A stretch of DNA of 64,000 bases from Octopus sinensis (Eukaryota): the NCBI RefSeq assembly GCF_006345805.1, contig NC_043000.1:42966001-43030000 (forward strand), read 5' to 3'. Made by a program: the position numbers and the translations under genes. Below are positions 13,552 through 26,660 of this stretch, piece after piece. The notes beneath the pieces were generated by a model, which made no database searches, was not told where the DNA came from, and worked only from the letters and a program-made list of their open reading frames with translations. Every line of letters starts with the position of its first letter. Position 1 is the stretch's first letter.

Positions 13552-16500
13552 GTTGTTGTTGTTGTTGTTATTATTATCATTACAATGCTGGACAAAATGC
13601 TTAGCAGCATTTCGTCTGTCTTTATGTTCTAAGTTCAAATTCTGCCGAGGCCGACTTTGCTTTTCATCCCTTCGAGAAGGATATATTGAGTACCAGTTGA
13701 GCATTGGAGCTTATGTAACCGACTAACCTCCCGCCTAAAAATGTCGCGCCTTGGCGCTATAACAGATACAATTATTACTCCAGTCACGTGGTGAGCTAGC
13801 AGGTCAGTTTGAATGTTAGTAAAATATTTTACAGTATTTATTCGTTCTGAATTAAAACCCTGCCGATGTTAACTTTGTTTTACATCTCCCCATGTTCAAT
13901 AAGATAGTGTCAACCAAGTCCTAGGGTTAATGGTATAAACTAACATCTCTCCTCTCAGAATTACAGTACTTGTGTCACAGTCAAAAAGCATTATTTTTAC
14001 TCCTACACCCTTATTGTTATCCGGCCTTTCCTCCTTAATCAATAATTATTGTATTATTATTCTATGTGTATTATAATATTTTCGTTCTTGTATCTGTCTT
14101 CAATATTACTATAATTGTATTTACTATTGTACTATCATGTGTTATGTGTTTGTTAATTTGATATTGTACTTGAATCAATATTGCAGCTTTAACGATAAAG
14201 AAATTTTCATTGTAAATATAATAATTTTTTATGAATTGAATTGAAAAATAATCATTGAATATCAAAAACCCTCACCATCTTGTTGAAATTATTTCATTTT
14301 ATTACATCTTTTCTTAATCTTAAATTATTATTGATGTATTTCATGATTTCATTTTAGATTCTACACTGTATTCTCTCTGGAGATTTTTTGATATTGCACC
14401 TGTTTCTATTTTTTCCATCATAAATACCATTGATTGGTGAAAGCTTTTTCTGGACCTTCTACTAATCGATACAAATTATTTAAAACATATTTGAAATAAA
14501 TTCATGCTTTTTCTATCAATAAGTTAGGAAATATATATTTTTATAACCGTTTATTGTAGCTAAGTCGTTAGAGTATTGAATAAAATTCCTGGCAGTATTT
14601 GCTTTGGTTCTCTACTTTCTAAGTTCAACTCCAGAAAAAGTCAATTTTGCCATTCATTCTTCCTGCGTCATAAGATGAAATTCGTTTGGGATAGCACTGT
14701 CAAAAAGTTCGAGTGCTTTGTAGATTCAATAATCTCAACTAAGCAAATTCCATCATATTTGCAAGTACTTTGATCAAAATATTGGCATCTTCTGAGTTCA
14801 AGAAGGACATCTGTATCTCTAGATATTCCCAGAGAACACTGTTATCACTCTTGACCCAGGACAAAAATAAACGAGCACACGTCATACTCGTTGAAATGAA
14901 GCAGGAACGACAAAATACTGCAAACCTTGGTTGTTCTGAAAGCTAACACATACATCTAGCGACTGCAGTAGCTGAGCAAAAGACGTATTCAAACCGACTC
15001 CAAGACATTAAGGTTCATAATAGAGTCATGTTGGATGCAGAGAAAAAAGAGAAGTTATATACAATGGTTTGGTACAAGATACAATCAACGCTTCTAGACC
15101 AGGAATGGTTCTTCTGCAAACATTGTCAAACATTTTTCCTCCGTCCTTTTTTAAAAGAATCCCATACAATATGAGAAGATTTATCCAGTCTTCGAGTTAT
15201 CTTATCTTCGGATTATATTGATTCCAAATTTTGGCACAAAGCCAGTTAGTTAGGGGGACGGAGATAAGTCGATTACATCGACCTCAGTGTTTAAATGGTA
15301 CTTATTTTATCGACTTCGAAAGGATGGAAGGCAAAGTCAACATCAGTGAAATTTGAACTCAGAACGTAGAGATGGATGATTTGCCGCTAAGCATTTTGCT
15401 CGGCGTGCTAACGATCCTGTCAGCTCGCCGCCTTGTCTTCTGGTTATGTTAACATGAAAAATCTATCGCTCAATGTTTCGAAATAGAAGTTTCTAGAGAC
15501 ATTTCCATTTTGTGTGTATTTTATTGGCATGTTATTGTATGTTTTCCATAAACTTAAGTTTGACATTTCGTAAAGAAATGATGTTGAGAAGTGTGTGATG
15601 TTGAGTGTCTCTGTAGTTGAGTTCGTTTATTAGTTTTCTTCTTTATTTTAATACTCTTTTTTTTACTGCGGTTGTGTATTTTCTGGTTGTTACTTTAGTT
15701 GCTTTAGACTGGATAGATAGTTGTTGATGTTAAGGTCTTTTTTTTTCTTTTTCGTGACCTGAGGTTGTTGCGCTTGCGAGTTTATTTACTACTGCTTTTG
15801 TTTTTATAGCTATAGATTTAATATTTGTTGTTGATGTTATTGTTGCAATGGTTGGATGATGGCGGTGGGTATTTCTTTGGTCAGTTATTCGATGTCTCTT
15901 TAGAACGTTTGTTTTTCGGCGATACACGACAATTACTGATTTTTCTTTTCCCCTTTCTTCGTCACACTCTTTGTTATTGTTTCCTAATTTCCACTTTTAT
16001 TTGGTCACGATCATTCGGAGGGAAAAACATCGGAGATGAAGAAAGGAAGCGACGTATTGATCTATATCTCTTGGCCAATGTAACGCTTCCGTTTCTTAAA
16101 AAGGGGAAAGAGTAGATGCTCCAGTTTGGTCCGACGTAAGCTGCGGTAAGACACGACGCTGAGCCTGTAATAGACATGGAAAAGGATGTAGACGTTCGTC
16201 ACATCTGATCCAACGTTCAAGGATAGGATTCTCTTGGCCCATTTGACTGGTACTATATTTTATTGACCCTCCACTCATCCAGAGATATAAAAAAAATTGT
16301 AAAATTTACCTCGGTAAGATTTGAACTCAGGAAGTAAACGTACATAGAACTAAATACTGAAAGACAATTTCTTCAACGTTTAACTGATTCTATCATCAAA
16401 AATAACAATCACAATAACGATAATGTCATTTTTCTTTTATTTTTATATTTACTATCATTATAAATAATTCTTGCAATAATTATTTATTATCCAGCTTATA

Positions 16501-17017
16501 AAGTAGGATTTTACAAAGAAGGATTTCTATACTTTGAATATAAATGATAACACAAGAATAAACGTAAACCAAAAGAACAATAAATCCAAGATTTAATAAT
16601 TTATCAATCGTCTGCCCATGTGTTCTCTTTTATTATTATTTTCTTTTTTTTTATGTTTTCTCTTGAGCAAAGAATCGGTTTTAATCCTATACTCATCAGA
16701 GAAGGACTACAGCGACAGTTTTAATATAATCTTCGTATTCGAAATATTTGACAAAGACAAACAAGGATTTCTATGAATATTACTGAAACAATTGAGATAC
16801 TTAAGATGTATTGAATGATATAACTTATTCTAGATTAATAGCATTTAGTGTATACGGTGTATGTCTGGCTTATGTCATTCAACGTAATGACTGTGATGAT
16901 ACACATACGCACATATATAATACACGCACGCACACACACGTATATATATGTATATATATACACACACGGCACCCTTCGACTTTTTCTATTCAAAGGGGAT
17001 TTTAACTCAGTATTTGG

Positions 17018-17410
17018 CTCTTTACTTTTTTACTCTCTTACTTGTTTCAGTCATTTGACTGCGGCCATGCTGGAGCACCGCCTTTAGTCAAGCAAATCGA
17101 CCCCGGGACTTATTCTTTGTAAGCCCAGTACTTCTTCTATCGGTCTCTTTTTTGCCGAACCGCTAAGTGACGGGGACGTAAACACACCAGCATCGGCTGT
17201 CAAGCAATGCTAGGGGGACAAACACACACACACACACACATATATATACATATATACGACAGGCTTCTTTCAGTTTCCGTCTACCAAATCCACTCATAAG
17301 GCATTGGTCGGCCCGGGGCTATAGCAGAAGACACTTGCCCAAGATACCACGCAGTGGGACTGAACCCGGAACCATGTGGTTGGTTAGCAAGCTACTTGCC
17401 ACTCCTGCGC
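17018..17410 (-). mobile_element. tRNA-derived SINE (family A), near full length
   Basis: Nearly identical to 137-560. Confidence 0.85.
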
Positions 17411-19221
17411 TACTGTTTATTGCTTTATGTGACGCGCTTCGAGAGCCAATATTCCAATATATACATATATAGATGTGTGTGCAGGTGTGTGAGCATGTGT
17501 GGGAGCATAATACTTTACCAAAAATATTGTTGACGATGACTTCGAAGTTTCAGATGGTGTAGACCTATATTAGACAGGCTAATATAGGTTAAGCAGGCCA
17601 AAGCTGTACAAAAACTTTTTAATGATCCTTCAGTTTAATGTAAACGTTAAGAGCTTAGCCAAAACCTTTTTTTAACTATAGCAGACTCTAACGTCTAACG
17701 TGACCATAAATACCATTCAATCTTCAACAGATATACTTTGAAATTATCCGTTTCCTCTTCGCCCAATATAGAATCTATTGTTACCTCATCTAATAAGCGT
17801 AAACTTAATTCCTACTACCTAAATATATACAATCATAACATAGGTCAATGCAACTGGTGTTTGTAAAATTTCATTGGTCTTGAGATAGGTGACGTCGGCA
17901 ACTGGTGTTTGTATGGTATTATTGTATGGTGATTTGGAGCTGCGGTTTCGAAAACCGGGTGGAATACTGTTACTAAAGTATTCTTTTGTTGCAGTAAAGT
18001 AAGTCACGATTTCGCAACACTCTATAGTATTGTTATATTTGGTGTTGGCTTCGCCCTTTAAACTATAGATTTTTATCGTTTCGTTAAGATACTTTATTTT
18101 GTTGCAGGAATAACCAGCCGCGCAGTGTTCTTACCACTTAATTATTTCGGCTTCCAATAGTGAAACCACATTGACTAATCATCGATTATTTTCCTTAAAA
18201 AATTTACATACAATTTGATATGTCGTGATTTGTTTATACAGATGTAAAAAGAAAGGACGTGCAGACCAAACAACAGGGAATTGGAAATAAGTCAGTAACT
18301 TTCCTTCAATAAAGCACCAGAAGGAAAGCACGCAATTTCTCTGACATATTCTAGTTGACTGTAATGTTAAAGACGTTGTTATGACTGTCAAGCACAACAC
18401 CAGTGATGCTGAGGACGGTGGCAGTAACGACCACCTAAAGGAGTATAAAATGGTAGGGAAACCTAGACGTCTTCAACGTACATCTTCACTGCTACCAAGC
18501 AAAGTACTATTGTCACAGTCAGTGTAGCCGGCTCAAGTATCGAGGACAGCTACAGCTACAACAACAGCTATACAGATAATACTAAAGTCAATTTTATAAA
18601 TATAATAACTAATAACTCCTTTCTTCCGACTAACAGGTCGACACTGAGAGTGGTACCATGCACTCTTGCCATTTTCCCAACTTTTACACACCCCGAAAGA
18701 AGAAGGCTCACTTACTGAAATAACATGTTCTTGGCGAAAACGTAGGCTACTGGTCCACTTAAGGTATCAACGCCAATTTTATTTTTGTTTCGTTTTCTAA
18801 TCGATTCTGCATAAACTTTTCTTAATATCTTCTTTTGCATCGGCATTCTTTTCAAAATAAATATTGAACTTTTAGAAGGTCAAAGAAATTACCTTGCTGT
18901 CCTTCAGGTGCTAAGGTTAAATCCAGATGTTTACTATGTTTTTCGTCACTCCGAAGTACTGTTCAAATAGTGTGATCACAGGTTGTTCATCTCCCTGCAA
19001 ATATGTGGCTTTGTGTGTGCGATAAAAAAGACTATTATCATTATTAATTTACTACGATAAAGACCTTTCATGTGTCACTCTTGGAACAAATAAAGGAATC
19101 ATTATTCTTCATATATGATGATGATGATGATAATGATTTCAAATTTCGTACAAGAACAGCGAGTTCAGCAGGCGGTGGGATAAGTCGATTATATAAACAC
19201 CCAGTGCTCAACTGGTACTTA

Positions 19222-20812
19222 ACGCGACATGACTCTACAAGTCAGCAATGCCCGGACACTGAACGAGTGCATGCAGAACGGTTTCGTCGCACTGCGAGCA
19301 ACTCGAGCAAGCTCGTCTGACAGCATATCCATGCTTGTAAAGGTTATCTCGAACCAGAAGCACCCCCGGTAGCACTGCCAGGCCAAAGACATCTGGAAAT
19401 TATCCATTATAGTCCTCGACCGGAAAGTCCTTTGGAATAGACTTGCCAGTACGTCTTCGTTGACGCCTCAGGTCTCCTCGAGGATGTCGTCGCACTTCCC
19501 CGCTACTAATCTTCTGTATATAGCTAAAGTGTAACATCCACCGATCCTATTGCCAGTGTAACGGGAACTCGTTGCTTCTTACACTTTTGGGGTGCAACTC
19601 AGGTGCAACACAATTTCCGTTCTTTAATTTCCAGAATCTACCAGTCAAGGAACACGAACGCAACCTTAAAAATATATATATTCTTTATTTTCTTATTCAC
19701 AGAAAGAAGTAAGGTGGTATATTGGTATCCACTTGGTTCTGGTGTGGCAAGGCTGAACTTTAACACTTGTAAGAATCTTACAACAAGTTCAGCCGCAAAA
19801 CAGAGCAGGTCAAATCTTAGCGTCCAGAGACAGCGGAGAAAATAGGTCTGCTACAATCTCGTATGAAGGCGTTCTGCTACTGCTGTTATGCGTGTCTCTC
19901 TGTGTCCTTGTTAAGGGAACGCTGTCCCTCGCCTATCAGCTAATGCCACATCAGCAATTCCTTCTTCAGTCTTCGCGCATGTCCGAGAGGGCACTTCCCT
20001 TCTGCTTTTCCAGAAGGCTCCAACCCCGCACACGCACACTGAAGAAGGACGTTCCGCACCCGCACCCGCACACTGAAAATGACGTTGCGCGCGCGCACTG
20101 TTGTATAACTTCACTACACCAGACTTGTAGACGACAGTGAGCGCCTGACGACATTCTAAGTGCCAGGTGCCCAGTCTCGGCCTATCCTTTACCCAGGACT
20201 GCAGCTCCGTCAAGAAGATGAGCTGCGGAAAGGTGTGTCTCACAAACGGAGCCCACACACATTCGCCTAGAAATCGTTGCAGGTAGCGCAACTTGAGTGC
20301 GTGTCTGCGCAAGAAAAGTCACGGCATGCCTAAGCCGTCACACAGAAGATGTTAGCAGCAGACCGAGCGTCTGACCATTGGAACGCGTCCCTTCTACAAG
20401 AAAAGAAACAGGATACGCTCCAATCTAATCAAGCAGTAACTGGGGTAAGGCAGGACAGTCAGACGATAAATAATGACAGAAGGCGTTGTAGGCATTCGCC
20501 ACCTCTGCCCGACCTTTCAGCAACAGTTTCGTCTCGGCCCATTTCTGGGTAAGAGATGTCACCTTGTTCATCACCTCTTCCCAATTCTTATCCACCTGGA
20601 GATCGGGACCAAACCAGACATCGAGCGGTTTAACTGATCCGTCAGTCTAGCGTTCGGCGAGACTGTTCGATAGCATTGATATGCCTCTCCAGCTGCCAGT
20701 CGGAATCCCACGGACTTGTCGGAATTGATTTTAGCCCCTGCAACCTACTCATACTTCTTTACAATGGAGCCGACCATCTCCACTTCGGAAGCATCTGACA
20801 CCGTAATAGTCC
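19222..20812 (-). mobile_element. Tx1/L1-clade LINE ORF2 fragment (RT end to CCHC zinc knuckle), decayed, interrupted by a solo LTR
   Basis: Minus-strand peptides TITVSDASEVEMVGSIVKKYE*VAGAKINSDKS, LERILFLFL*KGRVPMVRRSVC...GLGMP...ALKLRYLQRFL, and SLAWQCYRG(V)LLVRDNLYKHG...C..C...ETVLHALVQCP. Confidence 0.85.
19557..20118 (-). mobile_element. Solo LTR (562 bp, 4-bp TSD, Gypsy-like)
   Basis: TGTA...TACA termini with CCAG TSD at 19553-19556 and 20119-20122. Removing it rejoins the Tx1 frame. Orientation is inferred from a minus-strand AATAAA near 19685. Confidence 0.85.
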
Positions 20813-20825
20813 TTTCTTCTATAAG

Positions 20826-21200
20826 CACAAGGCTCGAAATTTTGGGCCAGTCGATTACATCGACTCCTGTACGCAACAGGTAGTTAATTTATCGATCCCG
20901 AAAGGATAAAAGGTAAAGTTAACTCCGGCGGAATTTGAACTCAAGAACATGAGGACAGACGAAATACCTATTTCTTTACTACCCACAAGGGGCTAAACAC
21001 AGAGGGGACAAACAAGGACAGACATAGGTATTAAGTCGATAACATCGACTCCAGTGCGTAACTGGTACTTAATTTATCGACCCCGAAAGGATGAAAAGCA
21101 AAGTCGACCTCGATGGAATTTGAACTCAGAACGTAACGGCAGACGAAATACGGCTACGCATTTCGCCCGGCGTGCTAACGTTTCTACCAGCTCGCCGCCT
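20826..21200 (-). mobile_element. Family B SINE, two nested or tandem copies
   Basis: The block atcgacc/tcc...gaatttgaactc...agacgaaatac appears twice; the head is at 21200. Confidence 0.75.
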
Positions 21201-22587
21201 TAATAATATTAATAATAATAATAATATTATCATTCCCATCATCATTATTTGCAAAGGTGATAAAAGTTCGATGGATTTATTTTTGTTGTTTTTTGTTTTG
21301 TTTTTATAAGTCTTCATATTTATATTTATTGCAACTACAATATTTGTAATGCAGTTCCTTCAGTGCACAGTGTTCGTTTGCATCAAAGTTCCTAGATAAC
21401 CTCTCTATTTGATGGGGGTGAAAAATGAAATAATAAAATGAATTCGGTTAGCCAATCGTGAAATTCAAAGAAGCTAATACATCTAACAGTCTCGTTTGTA
21501 GAGTTGTTTAGTTCGGTACATGATTTTACAACATGCCTGTAACAAAAACAAAATTTATTTTATTATTTAAGGAAAAAAAAAAACAACAATTTTCTCGTAA
21601 TGGCAGACGGCAAAAGAAAAAAAATGTTATGGTAAAACGTAGACGATAGAAACGACTAATGTAGTTCGTGTCTGTCCATTCATAGAGCTCTTGCGCTCAG
21701 TTGAGCTGAGGTTCATGCACGGGTGTTTCTTTTTCCATTTTTTTTTTCTTGTGACCGTTAAGTGGAGGATAGGCAGACATATTTTTGTAAAGATAGAATA
21801 GTTTATTATTGTCGTCTGCGTTTCTCCAGTCCTATACACATACATACACGCAGACTGCGGATTTAATAAAACACTGCAAACAAATGAAACAATAGCGGTG
21901 GATAATATTACAAAAGTAGATTAGTCTGTTTTGAGTTAAATCTCTTTACGAATGGAACGCCATTATTTGGCTGATTGTTTTGTAATTTAACTACTCGCTC
22001 TCGTGGACGTTGCCTTAATATTGAATCGCTAGTGACGGAATAACGACGTTGTTAATCACATTACTAGAAATAATGACTAAATTTCCAACAGTTGGTCCTG
22101 CAGTAATAAATGCTGATGGAGTCCTGAAAATAAACAGTGGAATAGTCAAGACTTTAGCATTTCTGAAACTCACACACACACACTCGTACACATATTCTGA
22201 TGCTCATAGACAGCAGCATCATGCCACGACTTCACGCACGGCATCTACATGTAACCAGCTCAGCACCATGACTGCAACTTCTTGATACAGTATTTCTACT
22301 ACCGTGTACTAATAACTATGAACTGGTGTTATTTATCTTACTTGTTTCTATGAACTCACTTCTTTCGATGGCTATAGACTCCTTCATTGCCATCCTTATA
22401 TGTTCTTTATACACACATACATCTATGCTTAAGCACACATGCATTTAGTTCACGTGACGACCTGTCTATTATTACTATATACATGACGCACACAGAGACA
22501 CACATGTTATTACATCGATAAATCTTCTCTTAAACATTCTACACGGTTGTGTCTCTATTTTTCCCACATATATAATTTTAATGTATT

Positions 22588-22976
22588 ACTAGCAGTATCT
22601 CCCGGTGTTGCTCGGGTTTGTTTCGACCCTTTTGAATTGGAATTTTTGAACAGTAAAAATTTTGCCTTATGTAGCTTGTTATTCTCTTTAAGTGAACATT
22701 TTTCTGGTTGAAATACACCGAAAAATGGCGACACATAAGTAAAAAAATCGTAAAAATTAGGGATTTTCATAGAAAAAAAGCACCATTTTGATGTAAATAA
22801 ATTTTGGTGTTAACATGGTCCGATTTGAATTTTATCTTCTCGTGAATGAAGAACAAGCCTTCTATCATACTTTCAATTTTGGTCAACTTGCGCCGCAGGG
22901 TCTCGGAGAAGATAATGTTAGTTGAAGGCTACCAAACCTGCCACACACAGATAACTTCAGCTTTGTATATATAGAT
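22588..22976 (+). mobile_element. Helitron/Helentron-associated (HINE-like) non-autonomous element
   Basis: Starts ACTAGCAGTATCTCCCGGTGTTGCTCGGG (sub-terminal stem CCCG..CGGG) and ends CTTTGTATATATAGAT, resembling HINE/DINE-type termini. The family call is from recall. Confidence 0.55.
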
Positions 22977-23039
22977 TTATTACAACAAAAACATTTATCA
23001 ATATGGCCGCCCTTTTCGGCAATTACTATCTCCACATGA

Positions 23040-23420
23040 GAACCAAATCATTTTGCAACTGCTGCAACTTCCGCCGTTTTGATTTTGCGTGTCGCAGGCA
23101 CGATGCAGGTCCTCAAACTGTTGATACTTGAGTGGTGAAGCATTGGTCTTTGCTTTAAGTACGCTCCGTAAAAATAATCGAGAAGGTTGAGATCTGGGCT
23201 ATCACTTGACCAGATGTTAGCCCTCACAAAAAATAGCACTTTCTCACCAAGGAAGGCCTGTGATGCTTTTGACCCATAGCATGGTGCAGAATTCTGGATA
23301 AGCACAGCATTGTTCTGCTCAATCCAAGTTGACAGGGAGTTCTTCAGGATGTCCAGATAATCCTTTGCACTGATCTTCAAGCCAGACACAATTATGTGTG
23401 GATCCATGACACTTTCATCA
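23040..23420 (-). mobile_element. Tc1/mariner transposase, C-terminal half (decayed)
   Basis: ORF VMDPHII..GLKISAKDYLDIL...QNSAPCYGSKASQAFL...WSSDSPDLNLLDY corresponds to the degenerate QDxAPxH and WPxxSPDLNPxD motifs. Confidence 0.85.
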
Positions 23421-23860
23421 TGAAATATATACATATATTTTTTTTATTCTTTTAGTTGTTTAAGTCATTTCACTACGGTTGTGCCGGAGCACCACCTTAC
23501 AGAGTTTTTTAGTCGAAGAAACCGACCCCAGGACTTACTCACGGTAAGCGTAGTACTTATTTGCTAAACCACTAAGTTACAGAAACCCAAACACACAAAC
23601 ATCATTTGTTAAGGGATGGTGAGGGGACAAGCTCAGACACAAAGACAAACACACGTATATATATATATATATATATTGGTGTGTTTGGGTTTCAGTAACT
23701 TAGTGGTTCGGCAAATAAGTACTACGCTTACAGTGAGTAAGTCCTGGGGGGCGGTTTCTTCGACTAAAAAACTCTGTAAGGTGGTGCTCTGGCACGGCCG
23801 TAGTGAAATGAGTGAAACAACTAAAAGAATAAAAAAAATATATGTATATATTTCATGATG

Positions 23861-23862
<2 letters not shown>
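23414..23862. repeat. Inverted duplication, arms about 23414-23596 and 23678-23862
   Basis: ttcatcatgaaatatatacatata...ccaaacacac is mirrored by gtgtgtttgg...tatatgtatatatttcatgatgaa. Confidence 0.85.
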
Positions 23863-23897
<35 letters not shown>

Positions 23898-25343
23898 CAA
23901 CAGTTTCCGTCTATCAAATGCACTCTAAAGGCTTTGGTCGGCCCAAGGCTACAATAGAAACTTGCCCAAGGTACCACGCAATGGGACTAAACCCGGAACC
24001 ATGTAGTTGGGAGCAAGCTTCTTACCACACAGCACATCTGCGCCTCTCTCTCTCTCTATATATATATATATACACACACCACTCAATACATATGAAGCTA
24101 CAATAAAAACTTACCCTGCTTTTTGCCATCACCAATAAAACAAATAAGAAAATAATCAACCACTAAAAATTCATTTAGTTTTTATATTATTCATCTCTGA
24201 TCGCTCACTTATAATAATTGTAATTAACCTCAGTGACTGTACCAAGCAGCCTGTCCACACCATTCTATGGATTTAATTTTTTAATTTCATGGTTTCTCAC
24301 ACATATATAGACACACGTATACATACACAATCATCACCACTCATACTTTTAGCAGTATATTGAATATTTCATTACTCATGCATCTAAATTGCACCCAACC
24401 AATGTATGTGCATATATATATATATATATATGTATTGGCCTGCTTGCTTAGCCAGTGGGGTGGCGTCATTCGAAGGCTAAAACAATGCGAACGCATTGTG
24501 ACCAGCGATGTGTAACAACATCTGGTCTGGTCGGTCATGTGATATATATATATGTATGCATATTTTTATATATATATATATACATATATTTATATATATA
24601 TATGTACATATATTTATATATATGTACATATATATATATATACATATATTTATATATATGTATGTATATATTTATATATATTACTTAAATTTTCCTCGAA
24701 TGAGGCTTTTACATGCCGAAGACTACTTGGTGTAATTGATAATTATTCCAAATTAATTAATTTCACCCTTCATTATTACGGATAACCATATTTTATCTCA
24801 GTAGATGACCACAGCATCTTGTTTTGGCTACACGCGGGTGGGAAGGGGCTGGTGACACAATCTTTTCATTCACACTTTGAATTTGGTGATACTAGTTGTG
24901 GATTCTAGCTCACTCTGATACTGAGTTGAGTTGGTGCCTTCTAGTATCTCAAAATTCAATATATAATCATTTATGATTATAGTATTCTACGCTGAAGAGA
25001 AAAGAAGTTTGGGTAAGGTAGAATTATTTAATATTTAATATTTAATTCTTATGCTTTCCTAAAAACTTGATTTCGAAACGTGCGTCCGTAGATAACTTAA
25101 AATTGTATGATAGATTGCCGTCAATTCATTCTCTCTTACCTGTTTGTGTCTGCCTTCCAATTGCTGTGTTTTTTGCTGAGATCTCCCTTTTTAGTAGAAG
25201 AAATAGCTATAACTCTTTGACTGCTATTTCTAAATTCGGTCTGTGGTAAGGCAATTCGTTGCTAAACCCTTTATTGCTTAGTATATATATATACATATAT
25301 ATATATGTATATACGATGATGATGATGATGATATACGTATCTA

Positions 25344-25377
<34 letters not shown>

Positions 25378-26239
25378 CATAGTTACACATGCGAATACAT
25401 GTATGCATATATATATATATATTTATATATATACATGCAAATTTATATTTAAATGCACATACATTTTTAAACACATTTGCATACAGATGCGCATATGTTT
25501 ATATAATTATATATGTAATATGTGTATACACATGAATAAGTTAGGAGTCTCTGTGGTAGAAATAGCATCAAAACGTCCGTCTTACAACCTGCCATGTTAA
25601 AAAAATATGGACACCGTAAATAATGATGGACTGGTCATAGATGGAATACCTTTTGATTATAGATCTTTTCAATCATAGATCAGCAATAATATAACGTGTT
25701 AAGTGTATATCACACGGGTGTCTCCTTATATATATAAGGCGTACCTGTGCGGTAAGAAGCTTGCTTCACAACCACATGGCTCCGGGTTCAGTCTCACTGG
25801 CACCTTGGGCAAGTATCTTCTACTATAGTCTCAGACCGACCAGTCTTATGAGTGAATTTCATATACATATATATACACACACAACAATAAATATGGGCAA
25901 AAGAAAATTTTCTTTGCCAATATGTTGAAAAATAGATGCTAAATTGTCCAAACACATAAAATATTTTCACTATATGTGTCGAAACAAGGAAAGCAAGCTA
26001 ACGAAAATTCATTTCAGTTATCCCTGAATCGGTTCCGATCTCGGGATTAATCTAAAAGGATTTTTCCTCCATCAGCGAGGAAAACAAAAATAAATGAAAT
26101 ACTTAGACAAACCCACAGAAAAGCAGACGCAAAGTCATGAATATATTTAATCAAGTATCCCAATTAGAAATTCCGTAGCAAGCCTCGACACATCTGTAGC
26201 CGGTCAGGAAACGCGCACAAGTGGATAACCAATCAATGG

Positions 26240-26660
26240 TCTGTAAACACTGTAAATGTCATAAGATGTGACATGGACAGCCGCAACAGAGACTACGATG
26301 TCGTGACCAGCAGGAGGTGACATAGCAGACGTTCTGACTGTGTCTGCACGCCAGAATTAATCCAACATTTACAGGATAACGTGATGGAAGATCCTAGCAA
26401 GGAAATCCAAGCTTTGATGAGAGAGATGAGTTTTGGAGTCGCCACCATGAATGACCTTCACTACCACTCATATAAAAAGTGTAAGAGACAAAATCTGACA
26501 GCCAAAGCCAAAGAAGTTCCTGAACAAGCTGATCCAGGGTTGATTTGGTTTGGTTCAGATGTAAAGTACTTCTGCCAGGATCAATTGCATAAGACCCAGA
26601 GTGGCTTGCCCACAATCCATGTATCATGAAAACCATGTTTTCTCAAACTATGTTCATCGT
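26240..26660 (+). mobile_element. Tc1/mariner transposase, N-terminal half (decayed)
   Basis: Translation RRSDCVCTPELIQHLQDNVMEDPSKEIQALMREM...DLHYHSYK...LTAKAK...WFGSDVKYFCQDQ...MKTMFSQTMF resembles the HTH region and first catalytic FSDEK motif. Confidence 0.7.

Noticed and set aside
18625-18712. Detached Tx1 ORF2 C-terminus (KVGKMARVHGTTLSVDL)
   Set aside because: The resemblance rests on memory of related proteins, and the sequence is too short to support without a search.
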